Below are positions 22,268 through 30,085 of a stretch of 64,000 nucleotides of DNA, in pieces. The stretch is from Henriciella sp. (lineage in GTDB: Bacteria > Pseudomonadota > Alphaproteobacteria > Caulobacterales > Hyphomonadaceae). Every line of letters starts with the position of its first letter. The first letter of the stretch is position 1. Under the pieces are notes generated by a model, which was given only the letters and a program-made list of their open reading frames with translations, made no database searches and was not told the origin of the DNA. The translations under genes were made by a program, and so were the position numbers. The stretch is from positions 165 to 64,164 of the forward strand of contig JABSPZ010000015.1 in assembly GCA_013213785.1 (NCBI GenBank), given 5' to 3'.

Positions 22268-22623
22268 GCGCGCTCTGTCATCACCAAGACAGCGCAGCTC
22301 GCCACCATCAACACAGCAGCGATGACCCAAACCGATTGCGCATCAATCGCCAATTGAGCGCTTGGAATAGCGTCGAGTGAAATGCTCAGATCGGCCTCGA
22401 TTGAAGACGGCGCCTGCGCCTTTAAAGCATCCCAAACGCCGCCAATTTGAGACAGGGCAGCGCCAAGTCCAATCCCACCTGCCCCGAACAGAAGCGGCGC
22501 GCGCCACCGCGACCGACGTCGGATCGGCTTCATGACCTGCTCAACGAAGACCTCATTTTGCAGCGCCTCGTCCTGCGCTTCAAACAGCGCGGTCAGGTCG
22601 TCATATCTTTCTTCGGTCTGCAT
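22264..22623 (-). CDS. Single-pass membrane protein, candidate anti-sigma factor of the adjacent ECF sigma
   Basis: 119 aa. Cytoplasmic N-terminus, RRRSRWR followed by a TM segment, and a second C-terminal hydrophobic segment. It lies 12 nt downstream of the ECF sigma gene. The call is positional only, because no ZAS or other motif was seen. Confidence 0.5.
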   Translation of the reverse strand: MQTEERYDDLTALFEAQDEALQNEVFVEQVMKPIRRRSRWRAPLLFGAGGIGLGAALSQIGGVWDALKAQAPSSIEADLSISLDAIPSAQLAIDAQSVWVIAAVLMVASCAVLVMTERA

Positions 22624-22635
22624 TCTTCTACTCCA

Positions 22636-23172
22636 TCACGCGACGCTCTCGGTCGCAAGCTGTTTGCGAAGCGCCGCAACGCCGCGATTCACATGGGACT
22701 TAACCGTGCCGAGCGGAAACCCGGTGGCCGCCGACGCTTCTGAATGGCTCATCCCAGTTGCCACACACAGGACCACACAAATGCGCTGATTTTCTGGCAA
22801 GGTTTTTAAGGCCCGGTCCAGATCAAGCTGTTCCGGCAAGCGCGCCGCAGAGGAGTCGAACGCCAATATGTGCGTGTTCTCATCAAACTCGACCTCAATC
22901 TTTTTTCGCCGCCGCGCCTGCAAGAACTCACGATAGGCTATCGTACAAATCCAGGATTTGAACGAGCCGCCGCGATAAGCGCCAATCTTGCGCCACGCCA
23001 TCAGGAACGTCGCCTGCGCGACATCGTCAGCTTCAGCAGCATGACTGGTGAGGCGCCGGCACACCCCACGCACCGCGCCTTGATAACGTCGTACCAGCGT
23101 CTCGAACGCCGCCTCTTTTCCAGAGGCGGCGTCGCGCGCGAGATCAAAGTCGGATATCACCGCTTGCCCCAA
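22636..23172 (-). CDS. ECF-type RNA polymerase sigma-70 family factor
   Basis: 178 aa. Region 2 (AEADDVAQATFLMAWRKIGAY) and a region 4 HTH (MSHSEASAATGFPLGTVKSHVNRG). Confidence 0.88.
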   Translation of the reverse strand: MGQAVISDFDLARDAASGKEAAFETLVRRYQGAVRGVCRRLTSHAAEADDVAQATFLMAWRKIGAYRGGSFKSWICTIAYREFLQARRRKKIEVEFDENTHILAFDSSAARLPEQLDLDRALKTLPENQRICVVLCVATGMSHSEASAATGFPLGTVKSHVNRGVAALRKQLATESVA

Positions 23173-23180
23173 ACCACGCT

Positions 23181-23543
23181 CTATCGATCGTGGCTAAACC
23201 GCCAAAGACCGAGATAAGCGAGCCCCAAAATTACGGGGAATGATGAAATCGCCGCAATGCCACGCATCGCATCTGGCTCATCATGCGGCATGATTGCGCC
23301 GAGCACGACAAAGGCGATTCCAAAGGCGATCAGCAGCACGCCGCGGCGCAAATCCGACTTCACCGGATCATTCATCGCCGACATCCGCTCCACCAATTCT
23401 GGTGAGACCTGTTGACCCTTTTCGACGGCGAGACGCAGCGTTTCGTGTGCCGTGTTGCGCTTCTTGAAATTGTAATGGCTGTAGAGCCAGATGATCGCAA
23501 CGATCGCTATAAATAGAAAAATCGGAACAATAATTTCGTCCAT
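23181..23543 (-). CDS. Small three-TM membrane protein encoded immediately upstream of the ECF sigma gene
   Basis: 120 aa with hydrophobic helices at the N-terminus, middle and C-terminus. There is an 8-nt gap to the sigma gene on the same strand. Confidence 0.6.
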   Translation of the reverse strand: MDEIIVPIFLFIAIVAIIWLYSHYNFKKRNTAHETLRLAVEKGQQVSPELVERMSAMNDPVKSDLRRGVLLIAFGIAFVVLGAIMPHDEPDAMRGIAAISSFPVILGLAYLGLWRFSHDR

Positions 23544-23623
23544 AGTCTTGCTTTCTTATCTTGCACCCTTTTTGCGGGCTCACAGATTAAGATGCAATCA
23601 AGCGCGAGATTGGATGCAGGGCG

Positions 23624-24016
23624 TTATAGTTTTGCTGCAGCGGCCTTTTCGTAGACCTTGTCCCATGCGGCGCTCATCTCGCTCGACCAGGCCTCGCCAG
23701 AGATCGTTCGGAACACATCGGCCATGACTTGAAAGAAACCTTCAAACACATCATCGCCGATGCCATATCCCTCATGGTTCATGCGTTCGGCTGAGACAAA
23801 ACTGATCGCGACCGGGTCATCCTGCAACAAGCCCTCCGCCATGCTGAGCGCTTCGTTGAGCATATGCCCCCGCGCGCCTTGGTCTATGTCGAGCACGAAC
23901 AGGTCTTCAAACTCAGGGAACCTTTTGAACAAAGCGGCATAGACTGGCGGGACCACATCTTCGCAGCGCTCCGCAACGGTTTCGAGGCTGGCGGTAAAAG
24001 CAGTAAGGTGGGTCAC
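23624..24016 (-). CDS. Globin-like domain protein (tentative)
   Basis: PPVYAALFKRFPEFEDLF resembles the globin-fold FYxxLFxxxPxxxxLF signature. Start placed at GTG 24016 (VTHLT...) to avoid overlapping the upstream gene. The family call is weak. Confidence 0.5.
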   Translation of the reverse strand: MTHLTAFTASLETVAERCEDVVPPVYAALFKRFPEFEDLFVLDIDQGARGHMLNEALSMAEGLLQDDPVAISFVSAERMNHEGYGIGDDVFEGFFQVMADVFRTISGEAWSSEMSAAWDKVYEKAAAAKL

Positions 24017-24020
24017 GGCT

Positions 24021-24362
24021 CTAGCCCGCCACCACATAGATTTGCGCTTTGATGTACTTTTCGCCCGTATAGACTTCAGTCGTTACGCGGGCATATTCCT
24101 CGCCTTCGAACTCATCTAACCGGCCCCAATGATCAGGCAGATCAACTGATTCCAAAACCTGGACTTTAATCTTGTCGCCCTCTGAATTGAGCCTGAGCCC
24201 CGGAAAGCCGAGCGTCGCGCCCCAGCCATCCTCGCTCAGCCACCCCCGAACGGTGCCTTCAATCCAGATGCCTTGCATCATGCTGACCTGGTGATGGTTT
24301 ACCTCACCAGGCGCAAGCGTGCCATATATGGCAAGACGATGATTGTGGTTCAAACGGCTCAT
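24021..24362 (-). CDS. Gamma-glutamylcyclotransferase (AIG2/GGCT-like) family protein
   Basis: 113 aa. N-terminal LAIYGTLAPGE (YGTL motif) and C-terminal LDEFEGEEY, typical of AIG2-like proteins. Confidence 0.75.
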   Translation of the reverse strand: MSRLNHNHRLAIYGTLAPGEVNHHQVSMMQGIWIEGTVRGWLSEDGWGATLGFPGLRLNSEGDKIKVQVLESVDLPDHWGRLDEFEGEEYARVTTEVYTGEKYIKAQIYVVAG

Positions 24363-24366
24363 CCGC

Positions 24367-25899
24367 CTAAAGCGGAATATTATCGTGCTTCTTCCACGGA
24401 TTGCTCAACTCTTTCCCGCGCAGGGTGCGCAGCGACTTTGCGACGCGGCGGCGAGTTGAGTGCGGCATAATGATATCGTCGATATAGCCTTTTTTCGCCG
24501 CCACATATGGATTGGCAAAATTGTCTTCATAGCTTTGCGTGTGCTCAGCGATTTTCGCTTCATCACCAATGTCTTTGCGGAAAATGATCTCGACTGCGCC
24601 CTTCGCGCCCATCACAGCAATCTCAGCTGTCGGCCAAGCATAGTTCACGTCACCGCGCAGGTGTTTCGAGCTCATCACATCATACGCGCCGCCATAAGCT
24701 TTGCGGGTGATCACAGTCACCTTGGGCACAGTCGCTTCTGCGTAAGCGAAGAGCAGCTTGGCGCCGTGTTTGATCAGGCCGCCATACTCCTGCTTGGTGC
24801 CCGGCATGAAGCCCGGGACGTCCACGAACGTCACGATCGGAATGTTGAAACAGTCGCAGAAGCGAACGAAGCGCGCACCTTTGCGCGAAGCGTCAATGTC
24901 GAGCACGCCGGCCAGGGTCATTGGTTGGTTGGCAACAAACCCAACTGGCGAGCCCTCGATCCGCCCAAAGCCGCAAATGATGTTCGCGCCAAAGGCCGGG
25001 CTGATTTCAAAGAAGTCGCCCTCATCTACGGTTTTCTCAATCAGCTCTTTCATATCGTAAGGCTGGTTCGGGTTCTCCGGGATCAGGCTATCGAGGCTGT
25101 CATCCTGACGCTCAATCGTGTCATAGGTCGGCCGCATCGGCGGCTCTTCGCGGTTTGAGCCAGGTAAGAAGTCAATCAAACGGCGCATTTGCGTCATTGC
25201 TTCGATGTCATTCTCAAACGCGCCATCGACCACGCCGGACTTCGCCGCATGAACAGACGCGCCGCCAAGCGTTTCGTGCGTCACTTCTTCATTGGTCACG
25301 GTTTTCACAACATCCGGACCCGTGACGTACATGTAAGACGTATCTTTCACCATGAAGATGAAGTCGGTCAGGGCTGGGCTGTAAACATCGCCGCCCGCAC
25401 AGGGGCCCATAATGACTGAGATTTGCGGCACAACGCCGGAGGCCAATACGTTTTCCATAAAGATGTCGGCATAACCCGCGAGGCTGTCCACGCCTTCTTG
25501 GATGCGCGCGCCGCCTGCATCGAAGATGCCAATCACAGGCGCGCCGACTTTCATCGCCGCTTTCTGAACTTTGACGATCTTCTCTGACTGCGCGAGCGAC
25601 AGCGATCCACCGAACACGGTAAAGTCTTTTGAGAAGACATAGACCAAACGACCATTAATCGTGCCATGGCCAGTCACCACGCCATCGCCAGGAATACGTT
25701 GCTTTTCCATGCCAAAATCATGGCTGCGATGCTCAACGAACATGTCGGTTTCTTCGAAACTGTCTTCGTCTAGCAAAAGCGCAACGCGTTCGCGCGCGGT
25801 GAGTTTGCCTTTTTCGTGCTGGCGTTCGATCCGGGCTTTGCCGCCGCCCATACGAGCTTTTTCGCGCCGTGCCTCGAGGGCTTCAATCACATCTTGCAT
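24367..25899 (-). CDS. pccB: Acyl-CoA carboxylase carboxyltransferase (propionyl-CoA carboxylase beta chain-like)
   Basis: About 510 aa from ATG 25899 ([20 protein letters not shown]...). Conserved carboxyltransferase blocks are [18 protein letters not shown] and [28 protein letters not shown] present. Confidence 0.9.
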   Translation of the reverse strand: MQDVIEALEARREKARMGGGKARIERQHEKGKLTARERVALLLDEDSFEETDMFVEHRSHDFGMEKQRIPGDGVVTGHGTINGRLVYVFSKDFTVFGGSLSLAQSEKIVKVQKAAMKVGAPVIGIFDAGGARIQEGVDSLAGYADIFMENVLASGVVPQISVIMGPCAGGDVYSPALTDFIFMVKDTSYMYVTGPDVVKTVTNEEVTHETLGGASVHAAKSGVVDGAFENDIEAMTQMRRLIDFLPGSNREEPPMRPTYDTIERQDDSLDSLIPENPNQPYDMKELIEKTVDEGDFFEISPAFGANIICGFGRIEGSPVGFVANQPMTLAGVLDIDASRKGARFVRFCDCFNIPIVTFVDVPGFMPGTKQEYGGLIKHGAKLLFAYAEATVPKVTVITRKAYGGAYDVMSSKHLRGDVNYAWPTAEIAVMGAKGAVEIIFRKDIGDEAKIAEHTQSYEDNFANPYVAAKKGYIDDIIMPHSTRRRVAKSLRTLRGKELSNPWKKHDNIPL

Positions 25900-25975
25900 T
25901 TGCTCCGACCTCACACATTCCGTTGACTTTGTTCGGGGTTTTAATGCTCGGGAGACGAAGGGCAAGTCAGCGACA

Positions 25976-26012
25976 TAAGCAAAACGGGCCTCCCCGAGGG
26001 GAAGCCCGTTCC
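25976..26012 (-). terminator. Intrinsic terminator after the 26040..26567 gene
   Basis: AACGGGCCTCCCC / GGGGAAGCCCGTT hairpin, followed on the minus strand by TTTTGCTTATG. Confidence 0.65.
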
Positions 26013-26039
26013 TGCTTTCACTCTGAAAGAGAAAAGACC

Positions 26040-26567
26040 CTATTTATAATAGCCTTGGTTATAGCGCTGACCGTATCCACGACGGCGCGGTTCTGGGATG
26101 CCCCAGATATCACGCACTTGGTCTCCGCGACGGACCACACAGGTGACCGGTCGTTCGATCTCACGACGCCGCGTTTCGAACTCAACTTCATTGAACGTCA
26201 CGCGATACCCCCGCGGGCCAATTTGCTCGGCATAGCGACCATCATCGAAGTCGACATCGTGAAACCCGCGATAGTGCGCTTCATCTCTGATAGCACGCCG
26301 GCACGCACGGATCGCTTGGCGTTTCGCTTGGCGGTTATTGTAGCGGTGATCGCTATAACCGTAGTGGCGGTTCGTGCTATAGCCAATCGAGCTATAGCCA
26401 TTTTGACCAAGACCGAGATGGACACTGCCATTCCCGCTATGGAACGTAATGCCGCCTGTCACGCGTTTGTCGGCCTTACCATGGTGTGCAAGCGCCGGAG
26501 CAGCGAAGAGCAGAGGCGCCGCAAGGGCTAGCGCGGCTGCTCGAGGTGATATGATGCGTTTCATCAT
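26040..26567 (-). CDS. Secreted basic Tyr/Arg/His-rich protein, no family recognised
   Basis: Signal peptide [27 protein letters not shown]. Two Cys. The C-terminal [14 protein letters not shown] tail resembles the RGYNQGYRN segment of the 27927..28997 protein. Confidence 0.6.
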   Translation of the reverse strand: MMKRIISPRAAALALAAPLLFAAPALAHHGKADKRVTGGITFHSGNGSVHLGLGQNGYSSIGYSTNRHYGYSDHRYNNRQAKRQAIRACRRAIRDEAHYRGFHDVDFDDGRYAEQIGPRGYRVTFNEVEFETRRREIERPVTCVVRRGDQVRDIWGIPEPRRRGYGQRYNQGYYK

Positions 26568-26728
26568 GGCTGCAGGAATACACAGACGACATCAACCCGG
26601 CCTGAGCGCGCCATTCGGTTACCATTCATAGAAAAATTGCATGCCTGAAGATTGCCATTTTGTTAGGACAAGGTGACGATCATGGTGAAATGTGGGACGC
26701 AACGCTGTCGCGAAGAGGTGCACACGAG

Positions 26729-27361
26729 ATGAAACACTGGATATTGGGGCTCACCACAGTCGCGCTCGCAAATTTTGCGAACGCCCAAGAAGAAGCGGCC
26801 CAACCAGATCGTGACGGTTGGTTGATGACATCCGTTTCTTTCAGCGACTTGGAATATATCGTTGAGACGGACAATTACGAAGCTGGCCAAGCATTTGAAG
26901 ATGATGTCGCGATCATGGCGGTCAGCCCGGGTGGTACCCCCTTCTTCATGCAAGGGACAGCCTGCTCCGCAGAGAAAGTATGCCAAGGCCTCCACATCTG
27001 GATGAGCTTTGTCGGTGAGCTCTCAGATGCCAGAGCGAACCAACTTAATTATGATTACGCCGCCGTCAGCGTGATCGCACTCAACAACGGATCCTATCAG
27101 GTCAGCCGGTATTTGATCCTGGATCACGGCACGACGATGGCGAACATAAAGGCAAACCTTTTAAATGTGCTCGCCATTGGTCAAGAAATTTGGATGGATC
27201 AGCTTGAAATTGGCGTCGGCGCGGCTGTGGGCGATTTGCGGCAGAACGAGGGTCCCAAAGAATCCGAGACGCAGGCGAGTTCACCATCAGCGGCCCCTTT
27301 AGAAGATTCAACCGATTCGAGTGAGCTGGAGGCCGGCGAATCGGTTATGCGTCTAGAATAG
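26729..27361 (+). CDS. Secreted protein, no confident family (possibly YbjN-like fold), acidic Ser-rich tail
   Basis: Start moved to MKHWILGLTTVALANFANA, a signal peptide. 210 aa. Confidence 0.55.
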   Translation: MKHWILGLTTVALANFANAQEEAAQPDRDGWLMTSVSFSDLEYIVETDNYEAGQAFEDDVAIMAVSPGGTPFFMQGTACSAEKVCQGLHIWMSFVGELSDARANQLNYDYAAVSVIALNNGSYQVSRYLILDHGTTMANIKANLLNVLAIGQEIWMDQLEIGVGAAVGDLRQNEGPKESETQASSPSAAPLEDSTDSSELEAGESVMRLE

Positions 27362-27371
27362 TCGACGCCTT

Positions 27372-27806
27372 TCAATCTTCACCGGTCACTTTCCCGCGTA
27401 GTGCTTTAACAGCGCCCCGTTGCTTTTTTCCCTCCAAACGCCGCCGAACGGACGCTCGCGTAGGACGCGTTTTAATTCGTTTGCGCGGGGGGTCCGCCAC
27501 GGACCTAACCATCGTCGCCAATCGTTTGCGCGCGGCTTCGCGATTAAGCCCCTGGGACCGATGATCTTTGGCCTCAATTATGAGCTCGCCTTCTTGCGTT
27601 AGGCGCGCGCCATAGCGTTTGCGAAATCTCGCTTTGACAGCGGCAGGGATCGAACTTGCAACCACATTCCATCGCAGCTGAACGGCGGTAGAAACTTTGT
27701 TGACGTTCTGCCCGCCTGGACCGGACGCGCGGATAAAGCTCTCCTGCAGTTCCCATTCAGGGATCTGGATCGTTTCGGTCACAAAGATGTGAGCGCGCAG
27801 CGACAT
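27372..27806 (-). CDS. arfB: Alternative ribosome-rescue factor ArfB (peptidyl-tRNA hydrolase, YaeJ-like)
   Basis: GGQ motif context ASGPGGQNVNKVSTAVQLRW, and a basic C-terminal tail (KRIKTRPTRASVRRRLEGKKQRG). About 144 aa from the internal ATG MSLRAHIF.... Confidence 0.88.
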   Translation of the reverse strand: MSLRAHIFVTETIQIPEWELQESFIRASGPGGQNVNKVSTAVQLRWNVVASSIPAAVKARFRKRYGARLTQEGELIIEAKDHRSQGLNREAARKRLATMVRSVADPPRKRIKTRPTRASVRRRLEGKKQRGAVKALRGKVTGED

Positions 27807-27926
27807 GAAAGCTCCGTTCAGGGTCAATTCAGGCGCCCTCTCTAGTTTGAGATGCAAGGCTTGTCACGAACAGCCGAAATTTGCGGGCCCTTTGGGGGCG
27901 CCCTAACGAAGAAAGGAGGACACACC

Positions 27927-28997
27927 ATGTCTATCCTCTCAAAACTGAGTTCTAGCGCTGCTGTGTTGGCTTTGGCCGCAGGCCTGCTTGGGCCCGTTGC
28001 GTTCGCTGATTCTGAGAAACGAAATTCTCCGTTCGCTGAACGCACACATGCTGAACGTGTCGAACGCAATCGGCAGGAACGACGTCAGAGTCGGGAAAAC
28101 CGACGTGATGCGCGCGGAGAAGTGCTCAATAGAGATCAGCGTGTCAGAGCGCAGCGTCGCGATACGGGCGAACTGCGCGGCGGAGAGCGTCGACAAGAGC
28201 GACGCGCGGAACGCCGTGAAGAAAGACGCATTGCCGAACGCGAAGACCGACGTTTTAGCAACCGCCAGGAACGTCGGGCCGAGAACCGGCAAGACCGCCG
28301 AATTGAAAATCGCCAAGAGCGCCGGGCCGAAAATCGTCCAGTGCGCCGAGACGAACGTCGAATAGAAAACCGTCAGGAACGGCGTGCTGAGCGCCGCGAT
28401 GACCGGCGCTTTGAGCAACGGCAGGACCGCCGCGCGGAACGCCGGCAAGAGCGTCGCATCGAAAACCGACAAGAGAACCGACAGATCCGCCGGAACTCAT
28501 ATGATCGCGGCTATAATCAGGGCTATCGCAATGCCCGCGGTGATTATCGCCATCAACGCCGTCACTATAACAATCGCGATTATCGCCATAACCGGCACTA
28601 CAATCACGACCGCCATTATCGGCATCACCGGAACTTCAACCGGTATTACCGCCGTCACCACAATGGCTATCACTATCGCAACACGTATCGTCGGCATAAT
28701 TTCCGGCACTATTCACCGCGCGCCTATTATTGGGGTGGGCACCGTCCATTCTACTATTATTCGCGGCCAACGTTCCGATACGTGTATGATCGCCACTATG
28801 TGCCGAGCTATTACATCGGAGGCCATTATGGCTATCACTCCAATACGATCATCATAGGCGACTATGATTATTGGGGGCTCTATGATCCGCCGCACGGCTA
28901 TCACTGGGTCCACGATTATGATAGTGGGGACGCAGTGTTGGCATCGATCGCGACCGGAGCCATTATCGGTCTCGTGATTGGCGCCCTTGCCAACTAA
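27927..28997 (+). CDS. Secreted RcnB-like protein with Arg-rich octad repeats and a His/Tyr/Arg/Asn-rich region
   Basis: AAAGGAGGA SD lies before ATG 27927 and the N-terminus is a signal peptide. About 11 octads of RR(A/I/F)E(N/R)RQ(E/D) are followed by a ~85-aa H/Y/R/N-rich stretch. The C-terminus PPHGYHWVHDYDSGDAVLASIATGAIIGLV resembles the RcnB/YohN family signature. Confidence 0.7.
   Translation: MSILSKLSSSAAVLALAAGLLGPVAFADSEKRNSPFAERTHAERVERNRQERRQSRENRRDARGEVLNRDQRVRAQRRDTGELRGGERRQERRAERREERRIAEREDRRFSNRQERRAENRQDRRIENRQERRAENRPVRRDERRIENRQERRAERRDDRRFEQRQDRRAERRQERRIENRQENRQIRRNSYDRGYNQGYRNARGDYRHQRRHYNNRDYRHNRHYNHDRHYRHHRNFNRYYRRHHNGYHYRNTYRRHNFRHYSPRAYYWGGHRPFYYYSRPTFRYVYDRHYVPSYYIGGHYGYHSNTIIIGDYDYWGLYDPPHGYHWVHDYDSGDAVLASIATGAIIGLVIGALAN
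28188..28496 (+). repeat. In-frame tandem coding repeat with a 24-nt (octad) period, alternating A-type and I/F-type units
   Basis: Read from the translation: RRAERREE RRIAERED RRFSNRQE RRAENRQD RRIENRQE RRAENRPV RRDE RRIENRQE RRAERRDD RRFEQRQD RRAERRQE RRIENRQE. Confidence 0.8.
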
Positions 28998-29031
28998 AGC
29001 AGACACAGCGCTACCCTCTCGCGCTTAAGAA

Positions 29032-29062
29032 ACACCCGCTGAACTGCGTCAGCGGGTGTTTC
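29032..29062 (+). terminator. Hairpin terminator after the RcnB-like gene
   Basis: 11-bp perfect stem ACACCCGCTGA / TCAGCGGGTGT with a 6-nt loop. Only a short T-tract (TTT) follows. Confidence 0.6.
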
Positions 29063-29200
29063 AGCGTGCAAATATCAATTTTTTATGTCGAGACGCACAC
29101 ATTCATCTTTCATTAGGCATGACTCATGCTTAATTGGACTTGTCCGGAACGCTAGAGTGCGCCGGGCATAGTCGTTCAACAGCTGAAAGGAGGTGATCCA

Positions 29201-29281
29201 ATGTCGAGTGAGAAACCAGGAACGGTGATTGGATCCGTTTGTGTGAAGGTTTTTTTGGAGCAACCTCTGATTACACCGTAG
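29201..29281 (+). CDS. Candidate 26-aa small ORF (MSSEKPGTVIGSVCVKVFLEQPLITP) inside an orphan transcription unit
   Basis: AAAGGAGGTGATCC (29186-29199) is a perfect 14-nt complement of the canonical 16S rRNA 3' tail. The GGAGG core lies 7 nt from the ATG. Too short for the ORF track, and no homology evidence is available. Confidence 0.3.
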   Translation: MSSEKPGTVIGSVCVKVFLEQPLITP

Positions 29282-29363
29282 CACAGTCTTAAGGCTGCTT
29301 GTTTGGATGAGCCCGAACAAAGTTGAACGCAGCCAAGGATTCAAGAGCCATCCGGCTCACGGA

Positions 29364-29396
29364 CCCCAGCCGAGACCCGGCTGGGGTTTTCCTTTT
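29364..29396 (+). terminator. Strong intrinsic terminator closing the orphan unit
   Basis: 9-bp GC-rich stem CCCCAGCCG / CGGCTGGGG with a 5-nt loop, followed by TTTTCCTTTT. Confidence 0.8.
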
Positions 29397-29473
29397 CTAT
29401 CACCTGTGTCTCCGCGTCTTGTATATCATAGACCGCCGTTGACCTTTGCGGCACAGGCCGCCTTAGTGGGCTG

Positions 29474-29938
29474 ATGCGTATTTCTCTCATTCTTTTCGGC
29501 GTTTTTGCTGCCGCCTGCTCCCAACGCGATCTGCCGCCGGAACCGGAGAACCTATGTGAAAAACCTGATGCACGTTGTGTCAGCGCTCCGGTACGCGATG
29601 TTCTTGCGGTCGATGGGGATACATTTGAGCTGCAACGTCTGACTGATCGCGGCACAGAACGCATTCGCTTGCGCCTGATCGGTTGGGACAGTCCAGAAAC
29701 CGGCAATGGCGCGGCCTGTCCCGCAGAGGACGCCCTCGGGCAAAAAGTTGAAGCCCGCGCGAAAGAGCTTTTTGACACGGCCCAGACGCTCACCTTTAAG
29801 CCAGAAGGCAATGACCGCTTCGGACGTATCCGCGCGCATGTCTATCTCGATGGGACGCACATAGGATGGCTGCTCGCGAAAGAAGGCCTGTCCAAACACT
29901 GGCTGAGTGAGACGGTCAAACCGACCTGGTGCGAGTAA
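29474..29938 (+). CDS. Thermonuclease (staphylococcal nuclease-like) lipoprotein
   Basis: MRISLILFGVFAAAC carries a lipobox. SNase-like segments are VDGDTFEL....IRLRLIGWDSPE and FGRIRAHVYLDG..IGWLLAKEGL. A possible TTGACC-N17-CTTAGT promoter lies at 29439-29467. Confidence 0.8.
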   Translation: MRISLILFGVFAAACSQRDLPPEPENLCEKPDARCVSAPVRDVLAVDGDTFELQRLTDRGTERIRLRLIGWDSPETGNGAACPAEDALGQKVEARAKELFDTAQTLTFKPEGNDRFGRIRAHVYLDGTHIGWLLAKEGLSKHWLSETVKPTWCE

Positions 29939-30085
29939 GCGCGCCGAGTTGCGAGGACCAGCAATTCCCACCCTGCGCATAATCGGTACGCCGCGACGGC
30001 AGGCTCACCCGGCGCTTCCAAACTCGGCCTCATTTGGTGTAAGGCCAGCGCACACATGTTTTTCTAAGCTAAAAAGGCCCCTCCC

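Noticed and set aside
28188-28496. Regularly spaced 24-nt repeats that could superficially resemble a repeat array.
   Set aside because: The repeats are contiguous with no spacers, in frame and translated as an Arg-rich octad. This is a coding tandem repeat, not a CRISPR array or other non-coding array.
27939-28857. ORFs in other frames or on the other strand across the Arg-rich repeat gene (27939..28472 -, 27988..28365 +, 28384..28857 +, 28497..28709 -, 28713..29006 -).
   Set aside because: They are consequences of the repetitive, purine-biased coding repeat. Only the 27927..28997 frame has an SD, a signal peptide and a recognisable C-terminal domain.
29090-29099. The 10-mer GAGACGCACA occurs in both AT-rich orphan regions (29090-29099 and 47319-47328). 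Both regions also carry an extended AAAGGAGGTG SD-like element.
   Set aside because: The relative orientation of the 10-mer and the SD differs between the two sites, and no longer alignment is visible, so the match is most simply coincidence. The two regions are reported separately instead.
29064-29396. Possibility that the orphan unit is a known housekeeping RNA (two-piece alphaproteobacterial tmRNA, SRP 4.5S RNA, RNase P RNA or 6S RNA).
   Set aside because: I could not find the ANDN...AA tag reading frame or a tRNA-like T-arm with CCA end. The SRP domain IV GGAAGCAGCC core is absent (only GTCCGGAA occurs), and so is the RNase P GAGGAAAGTCCGGGC block. It is therefore kept as an unknown element rather than assigned.
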